Below are positions 1 through 12,100 of a stretch of DNA of 64,000 bases, one piece after another. Source of the stretch: Eledone cirrhosa (taxonomy: Eukaryota). The notes below the pieces were generated by a model. It worked only from the letters and a program-made list of their open reading frames with translations, did not search any database and was not told the DNA's origin. The position numbers were made by a program, and so were the translations under genes. Position 1 is the stretch's first letter, and every line of letters begins with the position of its first letter. The stretch spans positions 96,100,001-96,164,000 of the forward strand of contig OZ024740.1 in the NCBI GenBank assembly GCA_964016885.1, read 5' to 3'.

Positions 1-2300
1 ATTACATTAATAGAGTAGGTAAGGATATAGTGACTAGCTTAGACATAGATAAGTACACTAACCCATATGCCCCTATGACACCGATATTCTCTCTCAAGGA
101 TCACAAATGTAACTTTAATGAAAGCTCCTCTATTAGATTAATATGTCCCTCTACATCAGATATAGGTAAGATTAGTAAAAGCTCATCGATAGAGTAATAC
201 ATGTACTTAATAGCAAAGCTAAGGTCTGTCTTTGGAACAAGACCGACCAGGTCATTAATTGTTCACTGAGTTGCCTGATAAGACAGCTCTATAGTTCATC
301 CAGTTTGACATAGACAGCTATTAGGCCTCTATCTCCCTCATACTCTTAAACAAGGCCCTTATATTAGCTAGATCTAACACGAGCCTCACTAAAAGTTATA
401 TATATATTACTAGCAGCGCGCAGAACTATTATCCAGTTCGAGCGTTCCCATTGGACCAGAACCAACCATGCTGATAATTTGGATATCACGATGGGGTCTA
501 GTGACTCGGCGCAAGCGACTGACCTTTTTCGAATATAACTCCTCCATAGACTTAAGGACGAGATCCTGGTCCTACAAGGGGGTGTATATAGGGACGACGC
601 CCTATTTACCGTTAGGAACCATAGCCCTCGCAGGGTAGATAACCTTACCAAGCGCATAGACGTATTCTTCAAATCATACTGCCTATCATTAACAATAGAC
701 CCCACCCACCAGATATTCAACTTCCTAGACCCTGGAGTTGGGTACGGGCTTGTACAAGTCATATCATAAGCCCGGCGAGATTCCATCATATAGGATGTAG
801 AGGCTATCCGCCAACGAGGACATTTTCAACCAAGCTGCTGACTACTATAATAAAGCCTTGGTGGTTGCCGGATATAACCGAAGAATCTCCTACCTCCTTA
901 ACGCAGCTCTAGAAACCACCCCATCATAGGACAAATGTTATAGTAAGCCATACCTTTAACCAAATACGCAACGGTCATGATAGTGTCAATAATTATAGTA
1001 TAGAGAATTGCACTAAGAAACACGGCCGTATTTGGCGTAGAAGGCCTACCGCAAAATAAGAGTCATTATATGGGCAACCGTAACCGCTGTCACCTACTAG
1101 AATTATTTCCTGCCTATAGGATTAACAATAGCGATGGCCTATTACCTACACCCTCCAACCGGCGTTTAGCTACACGTAAACGTAACGCAAGGAAGACTAG
1201 TGAAACCGAGCATAAAGTGAAGGGGATGTGCTGTAGGCTGCAGCATAGTAGCAACAATAAGAACGGTTACCTAGCCAACACGACCCATAATAAGCCCACG
1301 TCAACGCGTAATCGCCAACGTAATGTCATATAATTCCATTCTCCCTACTCTTGGAGTGTGGCCTCTGACTTAACTAGAATATTCTTCGAAGCCTTAGAGA
1401 AGAACTTCCCACCCAAACATAACTACAGGAAAATCCTCAATAACAATATTAAAATATCTTTCTCCACTTCATCTGATCTAGCAGGCATCATAGGGATAAC
1501 TAATTACAGTAAATTCATCCAATACACGGCACCATAGCAGCGATAGGTCTAGACTTGACAGCAACTCTAATAGCCTCAGCGTTTCCCTAGCAGCAATCGA
1601 CATTGTTGGTGGCGTCTCTAACAGACGCAAACGCCATAACGGCGGTGATACTGGGGAGCATGCTGGTGACCTGTACGTGTCGCGAGACGGCAACAGAAGG
1701 CGCTATGGCGCGCAGAGTAATAATTGTACTAACCCGCGCGACATGGGATATAATATTACTAACTACGGAGATAGAGGCGGTGGTGTGGATAATAACGTAG
1801 GTAGTGATAGTAATAGTCTTACTTAGGTCACTAGGAGCCATCGCAGCGACAGCGACCACGGCGACACTGCAACTATTGAGACTAGGGAAGCTGTCCGCTC
1901 AGGGGAAATTGCCTGAAAGACAATGTTGTTTATAGGTGCACTGTAACTAGCCATAATAGCGTCAAGCATTATACGGGAGACACATCTCGATCGTTCAAGA
2001 TTGGATTTCGAATACCTATCCACTGTTTTACAAACAGGAAGCTAAGATACTCCACATCACTCGCTAACAACATCACAGCATTGAACGACTCCAACATCAG
2101 CGTCTCCACATACTGGGGAATTGTCAGCAGAGCAAAATCTTACAACATCAACAGGAAGTGATAGCTCTGTCTCACGGAGCTTTACCATATCGTAAGAGCA
2201 CCCCTAGAGCTCATCAACAGCAGAGTAGAATATGTGATAAACGGCAGACACAGAATACAGCAGTCATTCTATGGTTGGAACACGGTTGATACCTGAACAC
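1..2300 (+). pseudogene. Degenerate Penelope-like element ORF (YRDD-type RT + CNC/CPL linker + GIY-YIG), 5' end beyond the window
   Basis: Manual translation from nt 3 gives FSLKDHKCNFNESSSIRLICPSTSDIGKISK; later FIQFDID, DITMGSSDSAQ (482), GVYRDDAL, then CPLRGNCLKDNVVYRCTV and YTGDTSRSFK near 1890-2000. Collinear with the 644-aa ORF at 53948. Many stops and frameshifts. Confidence 0.9.
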
Positions 2301-2621
2301 CATAAATCGGATCCCCCTGCACCAAACATAACACGCCGGAGGGCAGGTTTATAACTAAACATATGTACACCAACTATACCTCTTAGATCCGGCTTGATTA
2401 AGCAGTAGTAAAGTGGCACCCATAAAATAGTAGTGGAAAACAATAATTATGTGAACGGATAATAAGCCTTTTAAGGACACTTATTCAAAAACCGGTCAGA
2501 GTTACTCACCTTGCTCTGTGATGCAAACAACCATGTCGGTTTGAATCAAACATGAACTTCGATGTGATCATCATATTAAAACCCCTTCTGTGTTCTGTAT
2601 TGAAACTCTCTAGATGTGTAT

Positions 2622-2662
2622 GCCCCTGAGAAGCTCTTTTCGGGCGAAACGTACGTAGGTGC
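2622..2662 (+). ncRNA. Minimal type I hammerhead-like motif in PLE 3' region (variant core)
   Basis: gccc-CTGAGAA-gctc ttttc gggc-GAAA-cgtacg-TA-ggtgc: stem II GCTC/GGGC, palindromic stem III ACGTACGT; core deviates from CTGANGA. Confidence 0.6.
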
Positions 2663-2870
2663 TTTTGTATAAACATGTTCTAACCGTCTGTATTCTCCTT
2701 CGTAATCCTTTCATTTGCAACCGCTCTGCTTATATTCTCGGCCAATAAATATTAACGCTTCCGATATTTAACGCTGTAGGCACAATTATTGAGCACAAAT
2801 ACACCAACATATGCAACTAACTATATGTATCGCTTATCCCTTTAAACCTCTAATCTCACGATACTAAAAT

Positions 2871-2933
<63 letters not shown>

Positions 2934-2938
<5 letters not shown>

Positions 2939-3523
2939 TAAACGTAACAGAAAATGCTCACAAACTGTTCACAGTAGAAAAACAGTTTAATTAGGAATAA
3001 AAGAGTATTAGTAATTGTATGGGTTAGTATTCAGTTGTGGTTTTAAGTTTTTAATTTTTTACCGGTTGCACATTTCTAAATGCTTTTCAAAAATAATTTT
3101 GACATACGTAAACACACATGTTCTATGGTGCAACACCAAAAATACATGTATATATATATATATATAATATATATCATTTCACACCTTTTATTGTTAAGAT
3201 TTTCGATGTTCTATTAAGAGAACCGATTTCACTGAAATTATCGAATAATGTACACCATTTTACCAGGGGGAAAAAATACTGGTCCACCCACACACACACA
3301 CACACACACACATTCTCTCTCACACACACACACACATATATATACACACACACATACACACGCGTACATTAACATACAAATATACTTATACACACACACA
3401 CACACACACACACACTTCCCTGTATAAGACAAAAGCTGAAAAATATCTTTTGACATGCTAAAATACCCCCCACTGCTTACAGACACATTCCTACTGACCA
3501 TCCCGCTACCAGGAATTAATATG

Positions 3524-3571
<48 letters not shown>

Positions 3572-3588
3572 GCACACACACACACACA

Positions 3589-3675
<87 letters not shown>

Positions 3676-4157
3676 ATCTTAATAGCAATTTGAACTGTCA
3701 ACAGGCTGCGGTTCGCACACACATCCCTGCTAACCATTACCACAACATCGAACACTTTACTACTACTACACACACACACACACACATATTTGTTGTGAAA
3801 GAGTCATTTCTCAGTCTTGGCGCAAAATCAATTTATTACATTCACATGACCTCTACCGACCAATCAAAATTGTTTTGACCGCAATAATTTTTGCAACACC
3901 AAGTAGCGCTGGAGCCACATTTTTAACATAAAAACAGGTAGAATTCCCAAAACTAATCAGATCAGAGCAAACAACACGGACGCTCTATCTCAAAGTTATT
4001 TTTGAAAAGCATTTAGAAATGCGCAACCGGTAAAAACTTAAAACTTAAAACCACAACTGAATACTAACCCATACAATTACTAATACTCTTTTCTTCCTAA
4101 TTAAACTGTTTTTCAACTGTGAACAGTTTGTCAGCATTTTCTGTTCCGTTTACCAAT
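2934..4157. mobile_element. Fold-back element with ~168-bp inverted arms (2934-3101 / 3990-4157), TA-flanked, enclosing (CA)n tracts
   Basis: attggtaaacgtaacagaaaatgct... is the reverse complement of ...agcattttctgttccgtttaccaat; each arm carries a hammerhead-like motif. Confidence 0.85.
3999..4036 (+). ncRNA. Hammerhead-like motif with U3/A8 core and GCAA (mirror copy 3056-3093, minus)
   Basis: ttt-TTGAAAA-gcattt ag aaatgc-GCAA-ccgg-TA-aaa; same variant core in both arms. Confidence 0.5.
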
Positions 4158-4397
4158 ATATAATAACTTGTGTGTTACACCTCTATTCTTTTAACTATAT
4201 ATATATATATATAATAAAGTAGGAGTTCCTACGTGTAAAAAATACATATAGGGAAACAAGTATTATCCAACCGTATGCCAATGTGGATCTATGGCGGTTA
4301 CCAAATTAACAAGCCAGAACATATATAATGAAAGTCTAGCAAGTAGAGAAATATTTTTGAATTAATTTTAAAAAAATTCGCTGTACTTACTATATGT

Positions 4398-4479
4398 GCC
4401 TTTAGCGCGGTTTCATGCTCCAGAATAAACGGAAAATCCAAGCGGATTTCCGTTTAGAAGGGAGCGATCTTCAGAAGGC
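4398..4479 (-). ncRNA. Type I hammerhead ribozyme motif with long stem II
   Basis: Minus strand: gcctt-CTGAAGA-tcgctcc...aaacggaaatcc gctt ggattttccgttt...ggagcat-GAAA-ccgcgc-TA-aaggc. Confidence 0.75.
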
Positions 4480-4788
4480 TCGTCCCGAGTTCAAATCACA
4501 AATTGACGCCATACGAAACCATTCCTAAATGAGAGCGGATGATGAAAGAAATAATTTTGTCTGGTGCCCTCAATGTCCTACCACTAGAAGGTATTGAAAA
4601 CATTTTGGCCGTTTGGCCTGCTGCTATTTCTAGTGGCAGGAAATTGAGCTGTCCACCCTGCCTTTTGACTTTGCCCACGGCATCAGGCATAATTATTTCT
4701 TTGATTATCCGCTCTCATTTGGGAATGGTTTTGTATGACGTGAGTTTGTGATTTGAACTCGGGAAATGTTATTCTCCGAGGGAGAAGA

Positions 4789-4870
4789 GCCTTGTGAAGA
4801 TTGCTCCCTTCTCAATGTAAATCCGCTTGGATTTTCCGTTTATTCTGGAGCATGAAACCGCGGTAAAGGC
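4789..4870 (+). ncRNA. Type I hammerhead motif (C3G variant copy of 4398-4479)
   Basis: gcctt-GTGAAGA-ttgctcc...ggagcat-GAAA-ccgcgg-TA-aaggc; palindromic stem III intact. Confidence 0.7.
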
Positions 4871-4938
4871 ACATAGAGTAAGTACAGCGAATTTAAAAAA
4901 AAATATTTTAAATCTTTTTCTCTATTTGCTAGACGTTG

Positions 4939-5002
<64 letters not shown>

Positions 5003-5005
<3 letters not shown>

Positions 5006-5170
5006 TGGCTGCCAACTCGTTTTCGAGTACGGCCACTACTTTATATCCATGTGGGAGAACCCCTACCTATGCGCTGAACGAGGGTGACATTTTAGTCCAG
5101 CCAGCGACTTGAAAACTCTGGTACAAACACTACACTTGTGACAATTTTTGACACATAGTGCTGGGCCCAT
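5003..5170 (-). mobile_element. 3' terminal fragment of an RTE-like LINE (C-terminal C2H2 finger)
   Basis: [23 protein letters not shown] followed by a short 3' UTR running into (TA)n. Confidence 0.5.
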
Positions 5171-5220
5171 GGTACCATGTGACGACAAGTGCAGAGAGAT
5201 CTCCAGATATAAAGCAATAC

Positions 5221-5631
<411 letters not shown>

Positions 5632-5681
5632 CACATATACAAATTGTTGAAGCGATCGACTTTTAGTTTAGAACATCTATT

Positions 5682-5728
5682 TGCTGACAACTATTTCTTC
5701 CAGAGGGAAGTCTGGATTCATCGGAGCA
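5682..5728 (-). ncRNA. Type I hammerhead motif near the end of a probable PLE 3' terminal region (about 5640-6720)
   Basis: Minus strand: tgct-CCGATGA-atccaga cttccc tctggaa-GAAA-tagttg-TC-agca; stems I and II pair, U4C core change. Confidence 0.7.
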
Positions 5729-6827
5729 TGAGGTATGTAGATTCATGTAACTAAAATCCTAGTCATTTAGAACATTTAGGGTACATAATTGTTATTATTG
5801 TCAAAGGCATCATGTGGAGAGTCAGGATTTAAAAGGATGTTATGCTTGAATGAACACAATTACAGGCATCACTGGTTGGAAGTGTAATAGGTATAAGTAA
5901 ATATCACAAGCAAAATGAATTACAAGAAAAAAAAAGACACGCAAAGAAGTTATAAGCATGGACAATTGGTGTACAATGCAGGAGTGAATGCAGTCAATAA
6001 GGCATGTATGAAATAAACATGTATGAAATAAACATAAGGCATGTATGAAATAAACATAAACATAATGCAGTTGAAATAAACATATTTTGTGTGGGGTGTT
6101 AAAGCATGTTATAATTATTATAAATGTTTAAGATAATGTGCAATTTGTTAGAGAGACATGTGGTGATAATATGGGAATTTATTATGTAAGGTGTAAGGCA
6201 AAGCACTTGATAGAGTTGGGTATGTGACTTTCATGTAAGTGTTTTTGCGTTGTAGTTCGTATGTACGTGTGTGTGTTGTTTCTTACACACATCTATTAAC
6301 CATGGGATTATTTTAAGTCGTTTATAGTCAATAGGTGTTTCTGTGTTAAATGTAAATTCCGACGAATTACTGGCCATGTTGTTATTTTAGGTATATTATT
6401 TTATCCCTTTTTTGTCTACAAATTATCTTGTCGAGGGTTTATATTAAGCGTTATTGAGCAGTTGGTGAACCGTTGTGTTGCTTAATGTTATAAGCTTACA
6501 CAGGAATTTGTAAAGGGGGTTAATAACAAAGGGAAGTGATTAATGTTGTTGATAAATTAAAGCTTGTTTTAATATTGTTGTAGTGTTATAAATTAATCTA
6601 TATCGAGTATATACAATATAAAATATTATTGATTATATAATTGTTATCTTTTAAACTTGTGTGGAGGATGTTAAAACATTTTTTATTTAGTTTATTATAA
6701 CTAGATAGATTTTACATAGGTATTATATGTATGTATAGTGCAAGGTATACACATATGTGTGAGAATGCATATATATATACATATATATACATATATTCAC
6801 AAAACACATATGTGCATACACACACAT

Positions 6828-6881
<54 letters not shown>

Positions 6882-6893
6882 TTATTACTATAC

Positions 6894-6975
<82 letters not shown>

Positions 6976-6989
6976 GTATTTATATATAC

Positions 6990-7103
<114 letters not shown>

Positions 7104-7126
7104 TATTTACATATATCTATATACAT

Positions 7127-7162
<36 letters not shown>

Positions 7163-7831
7163 GAAAACAGGGAGAAAGAGACGACTATGAGGCAGACAAA
7201 TATATTTTTTTCCTTTTTTGGTCTCTCTCTCTCTCTCTTTTCTGGGGTAGACAATGATTAAAACGAAATGTTATACTTTGTGTGACGTGTTGAGGTATTA
7301 GTTGATTTTATTATTATTTAACAATGGCATTTATTTAGATATTTATATACCTAATTATTGTCTATTACCGGTTTCTGCATTTATATGAATTATCAGATAG
7401 ATAGTGAAATGTATTAGTGTGGTGTCGCACATGTTAAACAGAAGGTGCAGAAAGAATAATGTTATATACAAAAAAGGTTTAAGAAGTGAGAAGAAGAAAG
7501 AAAAAGGAAAAGAAACGTGCATAATGTGGAACGTAAACAGTCAATGTGGAAGAAAAAATAATGTTATTTACAAGCACAGTCATTGAAGTTAAGCTGTTCA
7601 AAATGTGTTATTATCGCAAGAATGCTTAGTTGCACCATGGTTCCGTGAAGGAGGCGAATGGTGGACTGTGGTTTAATATGATTTCCCTTTTTAGAGAGTT
7701 AATATGCAGGGGGAAGCAATACTTGCTGGGTGATATTTAATTTATTTAAGAAAAAGGATTAGGTAGGGTGTGAGGGAGGTAACTCTTGAAAATGTTTGAT
7801 GGTTTGTTGCAGTTTTAGATTGCTCCGATTG

Positions 7832-8245
7832 TTAGGGCATTGAGTAGTGGTTGAAATTTATTAATGAAATGTGTTTCTCTTATTGGTGCGTTGGATGAAA
7901 GTAGCGTTGTCTATGAATTTGTAAATGGGGAACATTTTAAAGTTTGGATGTTGGTTGAGAACACAATAGGCGATATGTTTACTAAATGCAATCATTCTGT
8001 ATTCCTGTGTTTTAATTTGTGGACGGTCATACGTTGACGGAGGCTGTTTTTTGTCTGTCCTGTGTAGTGCTCTTGACAACCTGATCAAGTCAAAACATAG
8101 ATAAGGTTTTCAGATGCACATGTAAAGTTCTGTTTAACTGTGAAACGTTGTGCTTGTTTAAAATGGAATGTTGGACCTTCTATTAGATTTATGCATATGC
8201 CACAATTGGATCTTCCGCATGTTGTTACTATAGGGTTTATTGTGC
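7832..8245 (-). pseudogene. GIY-YIG endonuclease C-terminus with Cys-rich linker (Neptune-type PLE)
   Basis: Minus strand: CGRSNCGICINL...FTCASENLIYVLT*SGCQEHYTGQTK...SLRQRMTVH...FSKHIAYC...FINKFQPLLNA. Confidence 0.8.
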
Positions 8246-8327
8246 ATTAAACCTTGTTTTTATATAACATTATTCTTTCTGCGCCTTCTGTTTAACATGT
8301 GCGACACCACACTAATACATTTCACTA

Positions 8328-8366
8328 TCATTTGATAATGCATATAAATACAGAAACAGGTAATAG
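8328..8366 (+). ncRNA. Hammerhead motif with U3/A8 core (mirror copy 7362-7400 minus has CTGATAA)
   Basis: TTGATAA-tgca tataaa taca-GAAA-cagg-TA-atag; other arm ctat-CTGATAA-ttca tataaa tgca-GAAA-ccgg-TA-atag. Confidence 0.6.
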
Positions 8367-8616
8367 ACAATAATTAAATATATAAATAGATAAATAAATG
8401 CCATTTTTAAATAATAATAAAATCAATAATAATAAAATCAACTAATACCTTAACACTTCACACAGAGTAAAACACTTCGTTTTAATCATTTTCTAACCCA
8501 GAAAAGAGAGAGAGAGAGACAAACAAAGGAAAACAAAATATTTTTCTTCCTCATAATCGTCTCTTTCTCCTTGTTTTCATATACATATATCCTAACTCAT
8601 GTGCCTCCTCTCCACA

Positions 8617-8656
<40 letters not shown>

Positions 8657-8658
8657 TA

Positions 8659-8818
8659 TAACGGAGGAGTTGTAGTAAGGAACCAGATGGACCATAACGC
8701 ACCAGAGTACTCAATACTTAGGGTAGTAGAGAAAGTATGAGCCCGACTGCAGAGCTCAAGCCGTTTCGAAGGCTTTAGTCCAGAAATAGCCGACGAAACG
8801 GCTTGAGCTCTGCCGTCG
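8659..8818. mobile_element. Short repeat family with half-hammerhead, copy 1 (others 40213-40418, 48321-48459)
   Basis: Shared sequence taacggagg...gtaaggaaccag...tacttagggtagtagag and GAAA-cggc ttgagctct gccg-TC; internal palindrome; (TA)n on both sides. Confidence 0.8.
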
Positions 8819-8994
8819 TATATATATAAATATATCCAGGGTGTGTAACTTGGAGTTACCATAGATTCATCCGGGTGAGCACTCGATGCTTAAGTTCACT
8901 TCAGTGTCGAGGTGTAGAGCTATACAGAGTGTATTACAGTGAAATAAAATAACAAGAACGATTGGTTACTCCTTCATTACGTTTATTGTTTGGT

Positions 8995-9073
8995 GACGCG
9001 CGTTTCGCCACTGATCAGCTCAAGTTTCGATCAATATTGATCTGACCCGACTCTGTAATCCACGGTTCGTCAG
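8995..9073 (-). ncRNA. Hammerhead motif with expanded stem II (family copy at 58204-58282)
   Basis: Minus strand: CTGACGA-accgtggatt...gatcagtggc-GAAA-cgcgcg-TC; flanks 8940-9088 match 58190-58335. Confidence 0.65.
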
Positions 9074-9107
9074 ACTTGTTGTGATGGTATATATATATAT
9101 ATAATTA

Positions 9108-12100
9108 TCTATAAAAGGCAGATTGTGGTTGTTGTGTGTGTGTGTGCATAATGTTCCATGTTTATACATTTGCACAATTTCAAACCGATTCGAGGTAACG
9201 TCTGTAAGAATGTTGTAAATGGTCTAACTTAGGTCAACGACTATTTATTTATTTCAACCTCACCCACAATAACGGTAATAATCGATAAAACTAAATACAT
9301 GTCGCTTACCCCTCTAGTAGAATCTGAGTTAACCTACCTTCCTCCCATACATACTGCAACCTTCTCTTATATACGCTTATAAACCGACTCCTTAATAATT
9401 TCCTTTAGAGAGACAAAAATAAAGGAGGTAACAAGAGAGACAGAGACAAACGTTAAATACATGACGCTTACATCTCTTATATACGTTTATAAACCCACTC
9501 CTTAATAATTTCCTTTAGAGAGAGAGAAAAAAATAAAGAGGTAACCAGAGAGACAGAGACAAACGTTAAATACATGACGCTTACATCTCTTATATACGTT
9601 TATAAACACCCTCCTTAATAATTTCACACAATTACATTTTGTCTATAACATATTTACACGTTTATTGAGTGAAAAAAAAAACCACATAGGGATTTGTGGC
9701 CAAACAACTTCACATTGCTGCATATTTACACGTTTATTGAGTGAATAAAAAACACAGGGATTTTTGGCGAAAGAACTTCACATTCCTGACAGAAGCGCGC
9801 TTTAAACAAACTGTGGGTTATTTATTTGCCTTTGTAAGAATGTTGTAAATGGTCTAACTTAGGTAAACGACTATTTATTTATTTCAAAATCACCCAAAAA
9901 TACGTAAATATTTCCTCTCTCTACTCAACATAAAAAATCGAAAAGAAAGAAATACATGCTCACACACAATTACATTTTGTGTGTAACATATTTACACGTT
10001 TATTGAGTGAAAAAAAAATCAAATAGGGATCTTTGGCCAAACATCTTCAAATTGCTGACAGAAGCGCGCTTTCAACAAACTGTGAGTTATTTATTTGCCG
10101 TTCGTTTTCCCATTTTTTTCCCTGCAGAACGCAGACAGTTTTCAGCCTTATAATTTCACATAAAATGCCATCTAAAAAGAGAAGTCGCCTCTGTCGCCAT
10201 ACCGCGTCAGCGGCGGCGCAGAGTGCGATTACAGCACACGAGCCCCTCGAGGAAACTGCTTTAAGACTTTCACAGAGCGCCTTACGTTCAGCGGAATGCA
10301 GAGATGCTGAAAGTTTTCAACAACGCGACGCACCGCACGCCTAGCCAAGATGGCTTCATGCGACGCCTCGAGACGTGCTGCGATGTGCGATTCGGAGCGG
10401 GCGATAAGTCATTCCCAAAAAAACTCTTCTACTGCTACTTCCAGGGCTTCAGAAGACCCGGAACAAAGGTCGACTCGCCTGAATAGAAACGCTGCTGCTA
10501 CTGCTGCTTCTAGGGCTTCAGAGGGCCCGGGACAAAGGGCAGCTCGACTAAATAGAAACGCTGCGGCTACTGCTGCTTCCAGGGCTTTGGTAGTTTGGAA
10601 CCGCGGCCGAATCACCTTGCTAGGAACGCTGCGGCTATGACTGCTTCCATGGCTTCTGAAGATGCAGACGGGCGCTCCATTAGGATTGCAAGGGTGGCTT
10701 CTGTTACTGCTGTGCGAGCTTCCCACGACTCACAGGAGCAACATTCTATGTTGCAGCGGAACAGTCGACGACAAGAAGTGACGAGGTGTGACGAGCCCCG
10801 ACAGCCCATACTGGCACCTACGGGCTTTCAAGTATGAGCCAAACGTTAACTACTCGATGCGTGCCGACATAAATACAGGGGAAACGCGCTTCAATTGCAA
10901 ATTCTGCAATGCTAAAAAGTGGGCTGGCGAGCCACCTGCAATGTGCTGCTTAAACGGTAAGTTCAGCTTGCCCCTTCTTGGGGAACCACCAGAGCCTTTG
11001 AAGGAGCTACTTACTGGTTCTACCTCAAGATCATCAAATTCCTTCAACTCATCAGGAAGTACAATTGTGCGTTTCAAATGACTTCTTTCGGGGCTAACGT
11101 TGTCAGAGAAAGTGTTTGGATGCCTACTTTCAATGTCGAGCGGCAGGTGTACCATCTTATTGGGTCGCTCCGGCCACTACAAAATTGCAAGCTATCGTTC
11201 CTTCAAATTTACTTCATTTCTAAGTACAGTAGGCAAGTTGATGCACGGTTCGGAGTTATTCCAACACCTGCAAACTCTGACGCTGACACTTTTGAAAGGG
11301 ACGTGCTGCTCGATCTTCAAAACATGCTTCATGAGCACAACAATTATATTCGCAGTTTCAAATAGGTATTGGAAACAAATCCTTCACCAAACTTCACCAT
11401 TGTCATCGATGCTGACAAAAGATCTTCTGGGGAGCACGCACGCCGTTATAACGCTCCTTCGTGCAATGAAGTGTCCGTAGTTATCCATGGTGAACAGCAC
11501 AATAATCGAGACATAGTTCTTCGAAGTCGTGACAGTGGTCTTCGGCGTATTAATGAGACGCATCGTTCATACGACGCCCTGCAATATCCCCTTCTTTTTG
11601 CATACCAAGGAGACGGGTACCATTTCGGCATTCCTCAGCGCAAACCAAACGAGCCTACTGCTGCGACATCTACAACTGTTTCATGCATGGCTTTATACTC
11701 ATACCGCTTCCAGCAGGATGCACAGGTCACGGGGACTGTATACCAGTTTGCAGTTGACATGGCTTCAAAATGGCGTCGGAGAGACTGTGCTTCATAAAAT
11801 TAAATCAGAAGCATCTGCGCTCAGACTCCTACATCCATTTGCGTGACGGCATCATGAATGACACTGACCCCCTAAACATCGGGAAATTGTGCATTCTCCT
11901 TTCAAACTATACGGGAGGGGTGGGGTACATGCACGAGAGAACACAGGACGCTATGACGTTCGTTCGGCATTATGGGCGCCCCGATTTATTCATCACGTTC
12001 ACGTGTAGCTCCAAGTGGGTTGAGGTTACGCGGAAACTTATCCCAGGGCAGCAGTACTGCCATCGGCATGATATTATGGCCAGTGTTTTCAGGCAGAAGC

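Larger units (their letters stand above)
4215..4934. mobile_element. Non-coding HHR-bearing fold-back element (arms 4334-4556 / 4691-4934) between (TA)n tracts
   Basis: Arms are reverse complements (gtctagcaagtagagaaa...gaaataatt vs aattatttc...tttgctagac); sequence related to the 481-bp tandem unit at 39007-39965. Confidence 0.85.
7159..8583 (-). mobile_element. 5'-truncated Neptune-like PLE with inverted terminal repeats (7159-7481 / 8247-8583)
   Basis: About 320-bp inverted arms flank a GIY-YIG fragment; both arms contain a hammerhead motif (7362-7400 minus, 8328-8366 plus). Confidence 0.8.

Noticed and set aside
364-789. 141-aa minus-strand ORF and similar antisense ORFs over TE coding regions
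   Set aside because: Shadow frames of the opposite-strand PLE, Helitron and LINE sequences.
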